A stretch of 64,000 nucleotides of DNA from a bacterium (GCA_009995545.1 JAACPI010000002.1:78316-142315); one strand, 5' to 3'; counted from the first letter of the stretch, positions 19,389-29,214 are shown. Numbers and translations: made by a program. The notes: generated from the sequence alone by a model not told the origin.

Positions 19389-20330
19389 TTAAGGAAGTTC
19401 CAATTTTAAGGAATCAATCACGGAATCAATAACTGGCTTTGTTTTTTGTAAGTATTCTTTGTTATATTCCTCGGATTTTTCTACATCACCCACAATAGAT
19501 GTAGGATCTTCATAAGAAATAACAAATATTCCCTCCCCATAGTTTAAATAGTATGAGACCATATTTACCTGGGCTTGTTTTGTTGGGGTAGCAACTAGGG
19601 CTTCTCGATCTAAAATCTTTCCTTCCTTCACCAGATAAAAATCTTTATCAATTAAGCTATCACTCGAAATCAAGGAAGGATAAAACCTTAATTGTAAAAA
19701 ATACCCAAAAGACTCTGGCAAGGACAAATTAACCACCCAAGCACTATCATAGTTATCTTCATTCAAGGTTACATAACTGGGGTAATTAAAGCTTATTTTA
19801 TACTCTTCATTTGTAAAATTTTTTGAATCATCTTTTATAACAGTAACTACTTTTTGATTATCCTCCCCGGGAGTGGTAACAGAAATTTTAGTCCCCGCAC
19901 TAAAACTAAGACCTATAGCTGTTTTAATTTGGTCCAAGGATAATCGTATTTCTGAGGTATGCAATATTTCACAGTAATTATCGTATTGGTTGTGGGATAG
20001 AATTGCATTAAAAATAGGGGGCTCTTGTAGGGTCATGTAAGGTGAAAAATACAAGGTAAATGAATGTTCCGCACAACCGCTGTAACTAATGTCGAACACA
20101 AGATCATTATTCTTAAATCCGAGGGAGTTTACGCTTATGTTCTCACTATTTTTAAATCTTGAGACATCTTCAGGATTTAAAACTTGGATGTTTACTTTAT
20201 CAACGATTTCTTCAAATGGCTGTTTAGAAGGATTTGAATAGTTATTTTTATCTTTGTACAAGTAAACTCCGAGTACGAAAGTTACAAAACAAAGTATTAA
20301 TAATGCGAGTAAAACCCATTTATATTTCAT
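19389..20330 (-). CDS. membrane-anchored surface protein with C-terminal PsbP-like domain
   Basis: N-terminal TM; SGCAEH...HNQYDNYCE; FTNEEYKISFNYP. Confidence 0.55.
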   Translation of the reverse strand: MKYKWVLLALLILCFVTFVLGVYLYKDKNNYSNPSKQPFEEIVDKVNIQVLNPEDVSRFKNSENISVNSLGFKNNDLVFDISYSGCAEHSFTLYFSPYMTLQEPPIFNAILSHNQYDNYCEILHTSEIRLSLDQIKTAIGLSFSAGTKISVTTPGEDNQKVVTVIKDDSKNFTNEEYKISFNYPSYVTLNEDNYDSAWVVNLSLPESFGYFLQLRFYPSLISSDSLIDKDFYLVKEGKILDREALVATPTKQAQVNMVSYYLNYGEGIFVISYEDPTSIVGDVEKSEEYNKEYLQKTKPVIDSVIDSLKLELP

Positions 20331-20439
20331 ATAAGTGTGACTTTAATATATATTCTACCAAGAAATTGGCAACTATTCACCTTAACTAAAGTAAATTAAA
20401 CCTATATTTGCTTTAAGCAATTTATGCTAATATCGATTT

Positions 20440-20475
20440 ATGCAGATACTTTATAACGGCGCAATCGGAAGTTAG
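20440..20475 (+). CDS. candidate leaderless leader peptide MQILYNGAIGS
   Basis: TGC-TAATAT (20425-20433) 6 nt before ATG; ends 52 nt upstream of GNAT gene. Confidence 0.35.
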   Translation: MQILYNGAIGS

Positions 20476-20527
20476 TCGCTAGTTAATTATTTTATAATAA
20501 CTCTTTCAAGTAATTTTTAGATATTTT

Positions 20528-21067
20528 GTGGTCTTTTTTAAAAAATATAATTTAGTTGGTGCCAAAAAGTGTGATACAGAAGATGTTTATAGGGTAATTA
20601 ATACTGCAAACGAATGGTTACTAAGCAGGGGGATGGATCAGTGGCAAGATTACTACACGAAGGAACTTGTTAGAAGTAACATTATCAATAAGGAAGTGTT
20701 GCTAGTAACCCAAAAAGTAGAACCAGTAGCAACTGTGACTATATCTACAAACCCCCCAAATTATTATTTAGCAGAGAATAATCCAGAAAATTTTGACTAC
20801 AGCAGCTTATTTATTAACCCAACAAAACAAGCATTATATATCTCTGCTTTGGCGGTTATACCAAAATTCCAGGGCAAGGGTATAGCAAAAGAACTTGTTA
20901 AAATAATTGAACAAAAAGCCAAAGAGAGTCAAATTAATTTCATAAGGCTAGATGCTCGAGGAGACTACAAAGAGTTAATCAATTTTTATTTGAAACTAGG
21001 CTTTATAAAAGTTGGGGAATTACCGGAACCAGATACAAGCTACTTTTTAATGGAAAAGACTTTTTAA
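20528..21067 (+). CDS. GNAT family N-acetyltransferase
   Basis: WLLSRGMDQW, LAVIPKFQGKGIA, RLD, FYLKLGF. Confidence 0.9.
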   Translation: MVFFKKYNLVGAKKCDTEDVYRVINTANEWLLSRGMDQWQDYYTKELVRSNIINKEVLLVTQKVEPVATVTISTNPPNYYLAENNPENFDYSSLFINPTKQALYISALAVIPKFQGKGIAKELVKIIEQKAKESQINFIRLDARGDYKELINFYLKLGFIKVGELPEPDTSYFLMEKTF

Positions 21068-21506
21068 ACCAACATAAAACCCTTAATTATATCTTTCAAA
21101 AGCGGGTAGGTGGTTTTTGCACTATTTATACCTCCCTTCTTTTGTATATAACTTACCAACTAGCTTTTGTTAAAACTAAAGACTGCGGATTGAACTGATT
21201 TTTTATTAATACAATAATTTATTCTTTTTTCATCAATCATTGTAATTTTATCCTCTTTAGCAAAGTTTTTAGCCAAATCTGTATAAAAAATATCTCTTGT
21301 GGGAACAAAATAGTGTGGTGAGAGTACACCAACCTTTTTAAAATCTAGTTGAACAACTCGCTTCGGGGGTAAATCCTACCACTCATTAATAGCTAACAGT
21401 ATCGTGACTAAAATCTCCTTTAAATTCAAGGGCACCACTTTTAACCTGATAAATAACTATATTATTTTTAAGGAAACGTGGCGGAAAAGTTTTGGTAAAA
21501 ATAAAG

Positions 21507-22122
21507 CTACTTTATAGATTTAAGTAAGGTATTTAATTCAGATAAAGCGTTAGTATCATTTATAACTTTCCAGTTTTTATCTAGTGCATACTGCAATAAA
21601 TTTTTTGTAGGATTTAAACAAATAGGGCTTTCCACCTGCTGAAGCATACCGATATCATTTTCAGAATCACCAATAGCTATTGAGTTCTTTTTGCCATATT
21701 TTAGTACCAAACTACTAACTACTTGCTTATCACCTGCCAACGAATTTTTTAACAACTGCCTGAGCAATAAATTTAGTATTAGCTGTAATTAAATAAACGT
21801 CATAAGTTTTTTTTAAGTCAGGTAATATTAAATTAAAATAACTAAAAAAACTATCAGGATTAGAATTAAAGTAATTAATAGAATCATATAAAAGATCGGA
21901 GTATTTAATTCCTTTTAGAGACTTACAAAAAACCTCTAGCATACCACTTAATGTCTGATTATAAGAAAGATCTTCGCTTTTATACTTACTTAGTAGAGTA
22001 AGTATTTCCTCTTCAACAGCAGGAATTATTCTTTCCAATTCGATTTCATATTTAACGATGTCCAAAAAAGATTGCCCGTTATATATCACATGATCAAAAT
22101 CGAATAGTGCCAAGTTTTTCAT
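21507..22122 (-). pseudogene. HAD-IB family hydrolase split by frameshifting deletion
   Basis: Motifs I/II (LFDFD, LITA) in 21730-22122; motifs III/IV (K, GDSENDIGML, NP) in the other frame, 21507-21767. Confidence 0.75.
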
Positions 22123-22138
22123 AGGGAGTATAAATATT

Positions 22139-22804
22139 TTACTCTAGCTCGCTACATGTCGAGGCAAAAACAAGGGTCGACAAAATTTTTAATTGTTCTG
22201 TGAAATTATTTTTATTAATTGATCTCAAACCAACTCTGTACCCAGTATCGCCTAAGTTTACCTCAACAAAATATTTTTCTTTTTTACTTAAAGAGTCTTG
22301 TTCCTCTCTACCAAGTAGCTTAACCATGGAGTAATTTTGAACAACGTTTTCTGGCAGCTTTATTAAATCAAATTTTAAGCAGCCTATATTTGCACAGTAG
22401 TCACCCATATAATCCCAGTTAAATTTTACCGAATTTTCAACAGAGTCAGTAACATTAAAGAATCGACCATCGTCGCTAACCTGTAACAAATAGCTAGGTG
22501 GGTATTGAAATTTTAAACAACCATTAAATTTGTTTTCATCGTTATTGTTTGCGTATGTAAAAGTTTCCCATCCGGTATAATAAGTAAAATATTTTTGACT
22601 TCTTAAGGCGTCTATCTTATAGGGGTACAAATCTTTAATTACCTGTAAAGGTAAATCTTTAGTGGTATCACTTTTATCAATAGCGTTTTGTAACGAAGAT
22701 ATTTTGCCGTTTAATACTCTTAACTTACTAGATTGATCAATTAAAACAAATACTATAAAAATTAAAGAAACAGCAAGCAAATATAATAAAACTTGTTTAA
22801 CCAT
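22139..22804 (-). CDS. membrane-anchored hypothetical protein (PsbP-like)
   Basis: N-terminal TM; WETFT...LKFQYP. Confidence 0.5.
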   Translation of the reverse strand: MVKQVLLYLLAVSLIFIVFVLIDQSSKLRVLNGKISSLQNAIDKSDTTKDLPLQVIKDLYPYKIDALRSQKYFTYYTGWETFTYANNNDENKFNGCLKFQYPPSYLLQVSDDGRFFNVTDSVENSVKFNWDYMGDYCANIGCLKFDLIKLPENVVQNYSMVKLLGREEQDSLSKKEKYFVEVNLGDTGYRVGLRSINKNNFTEQLKILSTLVFASTCSELE

Positions 22805-22930
22805 ACACTAAGTTATAGTAGTCCCTTGAAGATTATAAATAAAGATAGTTGTGTAATATTAAAAACAAAGTTGCTACATATCTAACCCCAACACTACCCG
22901 AAACTCAGTACCTATGATATTATTTTAAAT

Positions 22931-23404
22931 ATGCATGAAAAATTTATGAGGGTAGCTATTGAAGAGGCAAAAAGATCTTTGGTGGCAGGAGGAACTCCAC
23001 TTGCAGCAATAATGGTCAAAGATGGCAAAGTTATTGCAGTAGGCCATGCTCAGGTTGGAAAACTTAGGGATCCAACTGCCCACGGAGAAGCGGAATGTAT
23101 AAAAATTGCGGTTAAAGCTTTAAATAGTTTAGATTTAGCAGGGTGCACTATGTACTCGACTGTAGAAACTTGTAGTATGTGTTTAAGTTGTGGTGCATGG
23201 TCTGGATTAACTAAAGTAGTATTTGGAGCTTTTAAAGAAGACATTGTCGGTAACCCCTACGAATTTAAAAATTACCACGCAATAGAGCATGTTAAAAATT
23301 TACAAGTTCCTTGGACAAGTGAAAATATTGAAATTATAGGTGGAGTGCTAAAAAAAGATTGTGCAGAGTTAATGAAAAATTTTAAAAACTGGGCCCCAAA
23401 TTAG
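22931..23404 (+). CDS. nucleoside deaminase (TadA/guanine deaminase-like)
   Basis: FMRVAIEEA, DPTAHGE, ETCSMC zinc motif. Confidence 0.88.
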   Translation: MHEKFMRVAIEEAKRSLVAGGTPLAAIMVKDGKVIAVGHAQVGKLRDPTAHGEAECIKIAVKALNSLDLAGCTMYSTVETCSMCLSCGAWSGLTKVVFGAFKEDIVGNPYEFKNYHAIEHVKNLQVPWTSENIEIIGGVLKKDCAELMKNFKNWAPN

Positions 23405-24091
23405 ATGTTAAAGTATCTCCCCTTCTTTAAATTTTCACAAAAAACGATAGTTAATGAAGTAATTTTACTTTTTAATGCCCTATCATCAATTTTTGTAAGT
23501 TTATCTTTTTGGCTGTCTTGGAATAAATTCTATTTAATAGGACACACAGAATTCATAATTGTAATAACCCTAACCTTCGTAATATTTATTTTAAGTGTTT
23601 TTTATTACTTAAAGAAAAATACTAAGTACGTTTGTAAAATTAGTGACAAATATTTTTGGCTCTACCCTCCGTATATAAACTTACCTATCAGTATGGCACT
23701 TTCAGTTTACACTACATCAATTTTTTCTAATGCTTACAGAGAAGAGTGGTTAAAAATGCTAAAGGAAATGGACACCGTCTACTCACAGCTTGGGCAAATA
23801 TTGCTTTACCTCATAGTGTTAATACCCTCTGTATTATTGGGTGTTTATTTAATAAATAAAATAATTACAAAATTTAAAAAGTACAAAATTGCACTTAGTG
23901 CAATTATCAGCTTAATTTTAGTATTAGTTTTAGGTTTACCTATAGGGTTGGTGAATAACATAGAAACATCCTCCTTTGGTGATAAAATATATTTATTAGC
24001 TGAATATGGTGTAAAAATGATTATCGGTTTTGCACCTTTAGCCTGGTTCTATGCAATATATAAAACACCTAACATAGAGCATAGAAAATAG
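23405..24091 (+). CDS. multi-pass membrane hypothetical protein
   Basis: About 6 hydrophobic segments. Confidence 0.55.
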   Translation: MLKYLPFFKFSQKTIVNEVILLFNALSSIFVSLSFWLSWNKFYLIGHTEFIIVITLTFVIFILSVFYYLKKNTKYVCKISDKYFWLYPPYINLPISMALSVYTTSIFSNAYREEWLKMLKEMDTVYSQLGQILLYLIVLIPSVLLGVYLINKIITKFKKYKIALSAIISLILVLVLGLPIGLVNNIETSSFGDKIYLLAEYGVKMIIGFAPLAWFYAIYKTPNIEHRK

Positions 24092-24105
24092 CAGTATACA
24101 AGATC

Positions 24106-25788
24106 TTAAAAATCACTAGGTTTTATTTCTTTTATTACCAATTGAGGATAAACATTCCCATTCCACTCATTTTTATCATAATTAAAAAGTAAGTCGTATG
24201 TTTCACTATTTGTAAGGCTGGGCAAATATTTAGCTCCACCAAAAAATATACTTCGTATTCCTGTGTCCTTTAGAGTAAAGGATATGTGGTCGCCACTACT
24301 TCCTAGCAATTTAAAGTCATCTAACAAGGCATTTGAAAGTCTAAAAACAGGTTTAGTGTTTCCATTTCCATAGGGTTCTAAAAAATCTAAAAAGTTTAAA
24401 AATTCGTCATTTAAAAATTCTGATTGTACCTGACAATCGTAAATTAATTTAGGGACTAATAAATCTTTGTTAATCAAACTAGAAGTACTTTCTTTTAATG
24501 CAGTAATAAAATTTTCAAAATTTTCTTTTTTAATACTAAAACCAGCAGCCTGAGGATGACCCCCCCAGTTTTCTAAATGGCTACTAACAGATGCCAGTAT
24601 TTTAGTAATATCTACCCCAGGAACTGATCTACAAGACCCTTTTCCCTCCTCACCCTCCCAGGCAATTGTTAAACTTGGTTTAAAAAAGTTTTGTACGAGG
24701 CGAGAGCTTATTAAACCAATAACACCCTCGTGAAAATTTTGCGAGTGAGGAACAATAACCAAATCATTTTCCGAAAGCCCCATAAATTTTCCATTTGAAA
24801 TACCGCTTAAAGCCTCTTCGTACATAGTTTTTGTACTGTCCTGTCGATCAGTATTTATGCTATTTAAATCAACTGCTAAAGAGTCAGCTAAAGATTGTTC
24901 TTTTGTGGTAAGTAAATCAAATGAAATTTTTGGATCGAGCATTCTTCCACTAGCATTTAACCTTGGGCCTATCAGCCAACCATAATCAAATGATGAAAGT
25001 TTAGCAACTTTTTTATTCGCAGAATTTAAGATGCTTTTTAAGCCTGGCCTAGGCTTTAAATTAGATAAGTCTAAAGATTTTATAGTTACTGACCTGCCAA
25101 CTACATTACTTAAGTCTCCAAGGTCACACACGTATCCAAGACCTGCAAGATCAACACCCGAATCTAAATCAACACTACCTACTATTTTTAACTGCATAAA
25201 CTTAATAAAAAAATATGTTAAAACTGAGGCTGTTAGTTTGTCATTCCAAAAAATAGCATCTGCACCGGGTAACTTTTTTTTAATTTGATGATGATCTATA
25301 ACAATAATTTTATAACCATCTTTTTGTGCCTCTTTAATAACCTCGTGAGAAGAAATACCGCAGTCTACCAAAATAATTAATGGAAAATCTTTAACGGGGT
25401 TTTTTTGTTTAATATCTGAATAAGACTTCCCGGAAAACCCATACCCATGATCAAACCTATTGGGTATAAAAACAGATATCAATTCATTAGCAAAACCCAT
25501 TTCTAAAAAACCCTCGAAGCCAATTGCACTGGAGGTAATACCATCAACATCGTAATCCCCGTGAATTACTATTCCTTTTTTATTTTTTAGCAGATCAACA
25601 ATTATTTTAGAGGCTTTTTTTAAATCTGTAATTTTGTAGTTAACAAGTGTGGGATCTTTAAAAACTTTTTTAAAATTAAATTCATTTATCTCTAACTCAT
25701 TTAAATTTCTATCGGCTAAAAGTGCCTGTTTTAATTCGATATAACTTTTAGGGGGTTTTAGTTTTGCTTCCCAAATAAGATTTTTCAT
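24106..25788 (-). CDS. recJ: ssDNA exonuclease RecJ
   Basis: GDYDVDG, PNRFDHGYG, VDCG, IDHH, PRLNASGR, GGHPQAAG. Confidence 0.95.
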   Translation of the reverse strand: MKNLIWEAKLKPPKSYIELKQALLADRNLNELEINEFNFKKVFKDPTLVNYKITDLKKASKIIVDLLKNKKGIVIHGDYDVDGITSSAIGFEGFLEMGFANELISVFIPNRFDHGYGFSGKSYSDIKQKNPVKDFPLIILVDCGISSHEVIKEAQKDGYKIIVIDHHQIKKKLPGADAIFWNDKLTASVLTYFFIKFMQLKIVGSVDLDSGVDLAGLGYVCDLGDLSNVVGRSVTIKSLDLSNLKPRPGLKSILNSANKKVAKLSSFDYGWLIGPRLNASGRMLDPKISFDLLTTKEQSLADSLAVDLNSINTDRQDSTKTMYEEALSGISNGKFMGLSENDLVIVPHSQNFHEGVIGLISSRLVQNFFKPSLTIAWEGEEGKGSCRSVPGVDITKILASVSSHLENWGGHPQAAGFSIKKENFENFITALKESTSSLINKDLLVPKLIYDCQVQSEFLNDEFLNFLDFLEPYGNGNTKPVFRLSNALLDDFKLLGSSGDHISFTLKDTGIRSIFFGGAKYLPSLTNSETYDLLFNYDKNEWNGNVYPQLVIKEIKPSDF

Positions 25789-25882
25789 TGCATAATACTG
25801 GTTACTTATTAAATATGTATAAATTCCCTCTGAGAATTTTTAACTGATTTGTATGTCTATAACTATACCTTATACTATTAAC

Positions 25883-27307
25883 GTGGAGAACAAAAAAACA
25901 AAAATACTTGCAACCATAGGCCCAGCTACATCAGACCCCGAAATTTTACGTAAATTAATCGAAGACGGAGTTAATTTGTGCAGACTAAACTTAAAACACG
26001 GTGAACATAGTTGGCACGAAAACATTGCACACCAGGTTAGAAGTATAGCAGAAGACTTAGGTGTTCACATTCCCTTAATAGTAGATCTACAAGGCCCAGA
26101 TATAAGAACAGGAGAAGTATCTAGCCCAATACTAAAGTTAGTAGACGGCCAAAATGTTTTTGTAGAGACAAAGCTAACAGACAAACCATCTATAGAGCTT
26201 AAAAAGGAATATATAGAAGGATTAAAAACTGGACAAATAATTTTGATCGACGATGGAAGAATAAAATTAAGGGTTATTGAAAAAGTAAATACAACAAAGC
26301 TTGTGTGTGTAGTAGAAGAAGGAGGAGAAATAGGATCTAAAAAAAGTGTGTTTTTTCCCGGATTAAATTTAAATGTTCCTGCGGTCACCAAAAAAGATAT
26401 TGACGACGTTACTTTTGGCAAAAAAATAAATGCGGAATATGTAGCAATATCTTTTGTTAGAACCGCTAAAGATATTAAAGATTTTAAAAGAGAATTAGCT
26501 AAAATTAACTATAACCCAAAAATAATCAGCAAGATCGAAACACTAAAAGCTGTTAAAAATATTGATTCAATTATAAAAGAAAGTGATGCAATAATGGTAG
26601 CTAGAGGAGATTTAGGAGTAGAAATTCAGGTAGAAGCAGTACCAAGCGTACAAAAACAACTTATTAAAAAATGCATAATGGTAGGAAAACCCGTAATTGT
26701 TGCGACACAAATGTTAAAGAGTATGGTTAATTCACCAAATCCGACAAGGGCCGAGGTAAGTGATGTTGCTAACGCTGTTTTTGACAAAGCAGATGCTGTA
26801 ATGCTTTCTGAAGAAAGTGCTATAGGAAAATACCCGGTTAAAACGGTTAAGGTTATGGCTAAAACTTTAAGATACAGCGAAATAAATAATGAGAATGTAG
26901 ACGAAGAAAATATCAACAGGCTAGACATAGACACTCAACTTAAAGCTATTGTTAAAACAGCAAAGCATATGCAAGCATTTTTAAAACAGGCTGGTGAAAA
27001 AGTTAAATACTTTGTTATTTTAACCGAGTCTGGGATTACAGCTCAGTACCTATCTGCCACAAGACCTAATATACCAATTATTGCCTACAGCCAAGATTTA
27101 ACGGCAACAAGGCAGATGTCCTTACTGTACGGTGTTACCTCAGTGTGTATAAAATTTGAACCTACAGTAGACGAAAGTATTGCCTGCATTATAAAAAATC
27201 TACTAAAAGAAAAGGTTGTTAAACACGGGGATAAATTAATTTTTATATCGGGGCAAAATATTGGTAAAGCAGGACAAACAGATTCCCTACGTTGTTTAGA
27301 GGCTTAG
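25883..27307 (+). CDS. pyk: pyruvate kinase (GTG 25883 preferred over ATG 25853)
   Basis: TKILATIGP, DLQGP, MVARGDLGVE, ATQML, PTRAEVSDVANA; TATACT 6 nt before GTG. Confidence 0.95.
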   Translation: MENKKTKILATIGPATSDPEILRKLIEDGVNLCRLNLKHGEHSWHENIAHQVRSIAEDLGVHIPLIVDLQGPDIRTGEVSSPILKLVDGQNVFVETKLTDKPSIELKKEYIEGLKTGQIILIDDGRIKLRVIEKVNTTKLVCVVEEGGEIGSKKSVFFPGLNLNVPAVTKKDIDDVTFGKKINAEYVAISFVRTAKDIKDFKRELAKINYNPKIISKIETLKAVKNIDSIIKESDAIMVARGDLGVEIQVEAVPSVQKQLIKKCIMVGKPVIVATQMLKSMVNSPNPTRAEVSDVANAVFDKADAVMLSEESAIGKYPVKTVKVMAKTLRYSEINNENVDEENINRLDIDTQLKAIVKTAKHMQAFLKQAGEKVKYFVILTESGITAQYLSATRPNIPIIAYSQDLTATRQMSLLYGVTSVCIKFEPTVDESIACIIKNLLKEKVVKHGDKLIFISGQNIGKAGQTDSLRCLEA

Positions 27308-28159
27308 TTATTTAACGCTTTTGTAACGTTTCTTTAATCTTTCCTCTTTTATAATTTTGTTTAAATAACTTCCTTCTACTAAAGATTTTTTTATTGGAAG
27401 AGTATTTGAAGTATAAAAGTTAAATAAACCCAACCATTGATCGAAATTTAAATCTAGAGGATTTGCCCTTAACGAAAATTTTAGGTCTTTAGATAATCTT
27501 TTTAGCTGAGTGTAAGTAAAAATATTTTTAAACACATTTTTATTACCCTTTCTCCAAACGCTTGTGCTGTAAACTATAAAGTCTTGGTATTCCTCAAGTA
27601 TGGGGGTATCGATCAAGCTAACTGACCTTTTAGACACAGAGGCAAAAACAATATCTACTTTAGGTGTTGGCTTAAATTTAGCTGAAGGAATAGATTCAAT
27701 AAAATTAAATGCATAAAAAGGTTTTAATAAAAGGGATAATTGGGTTTCTCTATTTTTACCATTATATTTCTCATAAACCTCCTTTTGTAAAATTAAATAA
27801 CTAATAATAGGACTCAGTTCATTAGAAAAATAAAGTTTTTTTAGAATTCTAGAACTGTAATTAAAAGGTATATTTGAAAAAACCTTATAATCGACTTTTG
27901 GCAACGTAAATTCTAAAAAGTTTAAATTATACTTTTGTAGATTATTGGATTCCGGAAGTTTAAAAAATAATTTAGGGTCGGATTCTATAGCAATTACTGA
28001 TCCTGCTTTATTAAGAATTTCGTTAGTAATAATTCCCCTGCCAAAACCAATATCTATTACTAAGTCCACCGACCTAATCTCGGCTTTATTTACAAGCCTC
28101 TTAACAAGTTTAGGGTCAGCTAAAAAGTTTTGAGAATGTCCAAAGTTTTCCTTGTACAT
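27308..28159 (-). CDS. erm: Erm-type 23S rRNA adenine N6-methyltransferase
   Basis: HSQNFL, DIGFGRG, NIPF, FKPTPKVD and Erm-like C-terminus IFTYTQ...LNFDQWLGLF; KsgA typically has GQNFL and RRKxL. Confidence 0.75.
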   Translation of the reverse strand: MYKENFGHSQNFLADPKLVKRLVNKAEIRSVDLVIDIGFGRGIITNEILNKAGSVIAIESDPKLFFKLPESNNLQKYNLNFLEFTLPKVDYKVFSNIPFNYSSRILKKLYFSNELSPIISYLILQKEVYEKYNGKNRETQLSLLLKPFYAFNFIESIPSAKFKPTPKVDIVFASVSKRSVSLIDTPILEEYQDFIVYSTSVWRKGNKNVFKNIFTYTQLKRLSKDLKFSLRANPLDLNFDQWLGLFNFYTSNTLPIKKSLVEGSYLNKIIKEERLKKRYKSVK

Positions 28160-28184
28160 TCTTATTTCTTATTACAGTAATCAT
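28116..28184 (-). CDS. candidate erm leader peptide MITVIRNKNVQGKLWTFSKLFS
   Basis: TATAAT (28193-28198) 8 nt before ATG; R-N-K at codons 6-8; overlaps erm ATG out of frame. Confidence 0.55.
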   Translation of the reverse strand: MITVIRNKNVQGKLWTFSKLFS

Positions 28185-28221
28185 AACTGGGGATTATATT
28201 AGCACAATATTGAAATAAAAA

Positions 28222-28284
28222 GAAAAAATATAAAAATACCCACTTCTACAAAGTAGAATTATCCGAAGGGAATAAAGCTGGTAT
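28222..28284 (-). terminator. branched hairpin plus U-run after rpsG (terminator-like)
   Basis: ATACC/GGTAT closing stem enclosing TTATTCC..GGATAA and TTCTAC-TTT-GTAGAA hairpins, followed by T-rich tract on the minus strand. Confidence 0.4.
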
Positions 28285-28305
28285 GCTTATTAAATAGTTA
28301 GTGTT

Positions 28306-28773
28306 TTACCAACGAAAGTGAGAAAAAGCTTTGTTGCTTTCTGCCATCTTTTCGACATCCTCTCTCTTTTTTAGCGCAACAGAATTTTCACCTTTAACTA
28401 TGTTTGAGAATTCACTTGTAAGCTTTTCTGCAGTACTGGCACCTTTTCTTTTTCTAATAGCTTCTAATATCCACCTAATAGCTAAAGCTTGGGATCTTTC
28501 ATGTTTTAGTAAAACAGGTACTTGGTAAGTAGCACCACCAACTCTTTTGGATCTTACCTCTTGTTTAGGCATTACTTTTTTCATAACGTCCTCAAATATA
28601 ACTAGAGCTTCTTTGGGATCTTCGTGGAGACTCTCTAATGCAGTGTAAACTGCACTTTTGGCTTTACTCTTTTTTCCATCCAACATTAAGTAATTAATAA
28701 ATTTAGTTACTAATTTAGACTTATATATTGGGTCTGATTCTATGTTTCTTTTTACTGCTTTCTTTCCTCTCAT
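28306..28773 (-). CDS. rpsG: 30S ribosomal protein S7
   Basis: MLDGKKS, EVRSKRVGGATYQVP, MAESNKAFSHFRW. Confidence 0.97.
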   Translation of the reverse strand: MRGKKAVKRNIESDPIYKSKLVTKFINYLMLDGKKSKAKSAVYTALESLHEDPKEALVIFEDVMKKVMPKQEVRSKRVGGATYQVPVLLKHERSQALAIRWILEAIRKRKGASTAEKLTSEFSNIVKGENSVALKKREDVEKMAESNKAFSHFRW

Positions 28774-28800
28774 GTTTGTTTAATTAAAATAATAAATTAT

Positions 28801-29214
28801 TTATTCTTTAGGTTTTTTAGTACCGTATAAAGATCTACCTTGTCTTCGTTTTTCAACTCCTTGGGTATCTAAAGTTCCTCTTACAATTGTATATTTAACA
28901 CCACCTAAATCCTGTATTTTTCCACCCTTTATAAGTACTACAGAGTGCTCTTGTAGGTTATGGCCTTCTCCAGGAATATAAGCTGTAACTTCTCTACCGT
29001 TAGATAATCTAACCCTAGCAACTTTACGCAAAGCCGAATTAGGCTTTCTTGGAGTCATTGTTTTAACCGTAATACATACTCCCCTTTTAAAAGGTGCGTT
29101 AAGTTTTTTTCTTCTATTGTGTAAAGATGAAAATATTTCAGACAAAGCAACTGTCTTGTCTTTTTTATTTATCTTTTTTCTAGGTTTTCTTATCAACTGG
29201 TTTATAGTTGGCAT
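28801..29214 (-). CDS. rpsL: 30S ribosomal protein S12
   Basis: [30 protein letters not shown]. Confidence 0.98.
   Translation of the reverse strand: MPTINQLIRKPRKKINKKDKTVALSEIFSSLHNRRKKLNAPFKRGVCITVKTMTPRKPNSALRKVARVRLSNGREVTAYIPGEGHNLQEHSVVLIKGGKIQDLGGVKYTIVRGTLDTQGVEKRRQGRSLYGTKKPKE

Noticed and set aside
21730-21767. Programmed frameshift on the A-run in the HAD gene
   Set aside because: The fused product would still lack a normally present segment, so a deletion fits better
28243-28260. Minus-strand AATTCTACTTTGTAGAAG resembles a Cas12a repeat stem
   Set aside because: Single copy, no spacers or cas genes; better explained as part of the rpsG terminator-like structure
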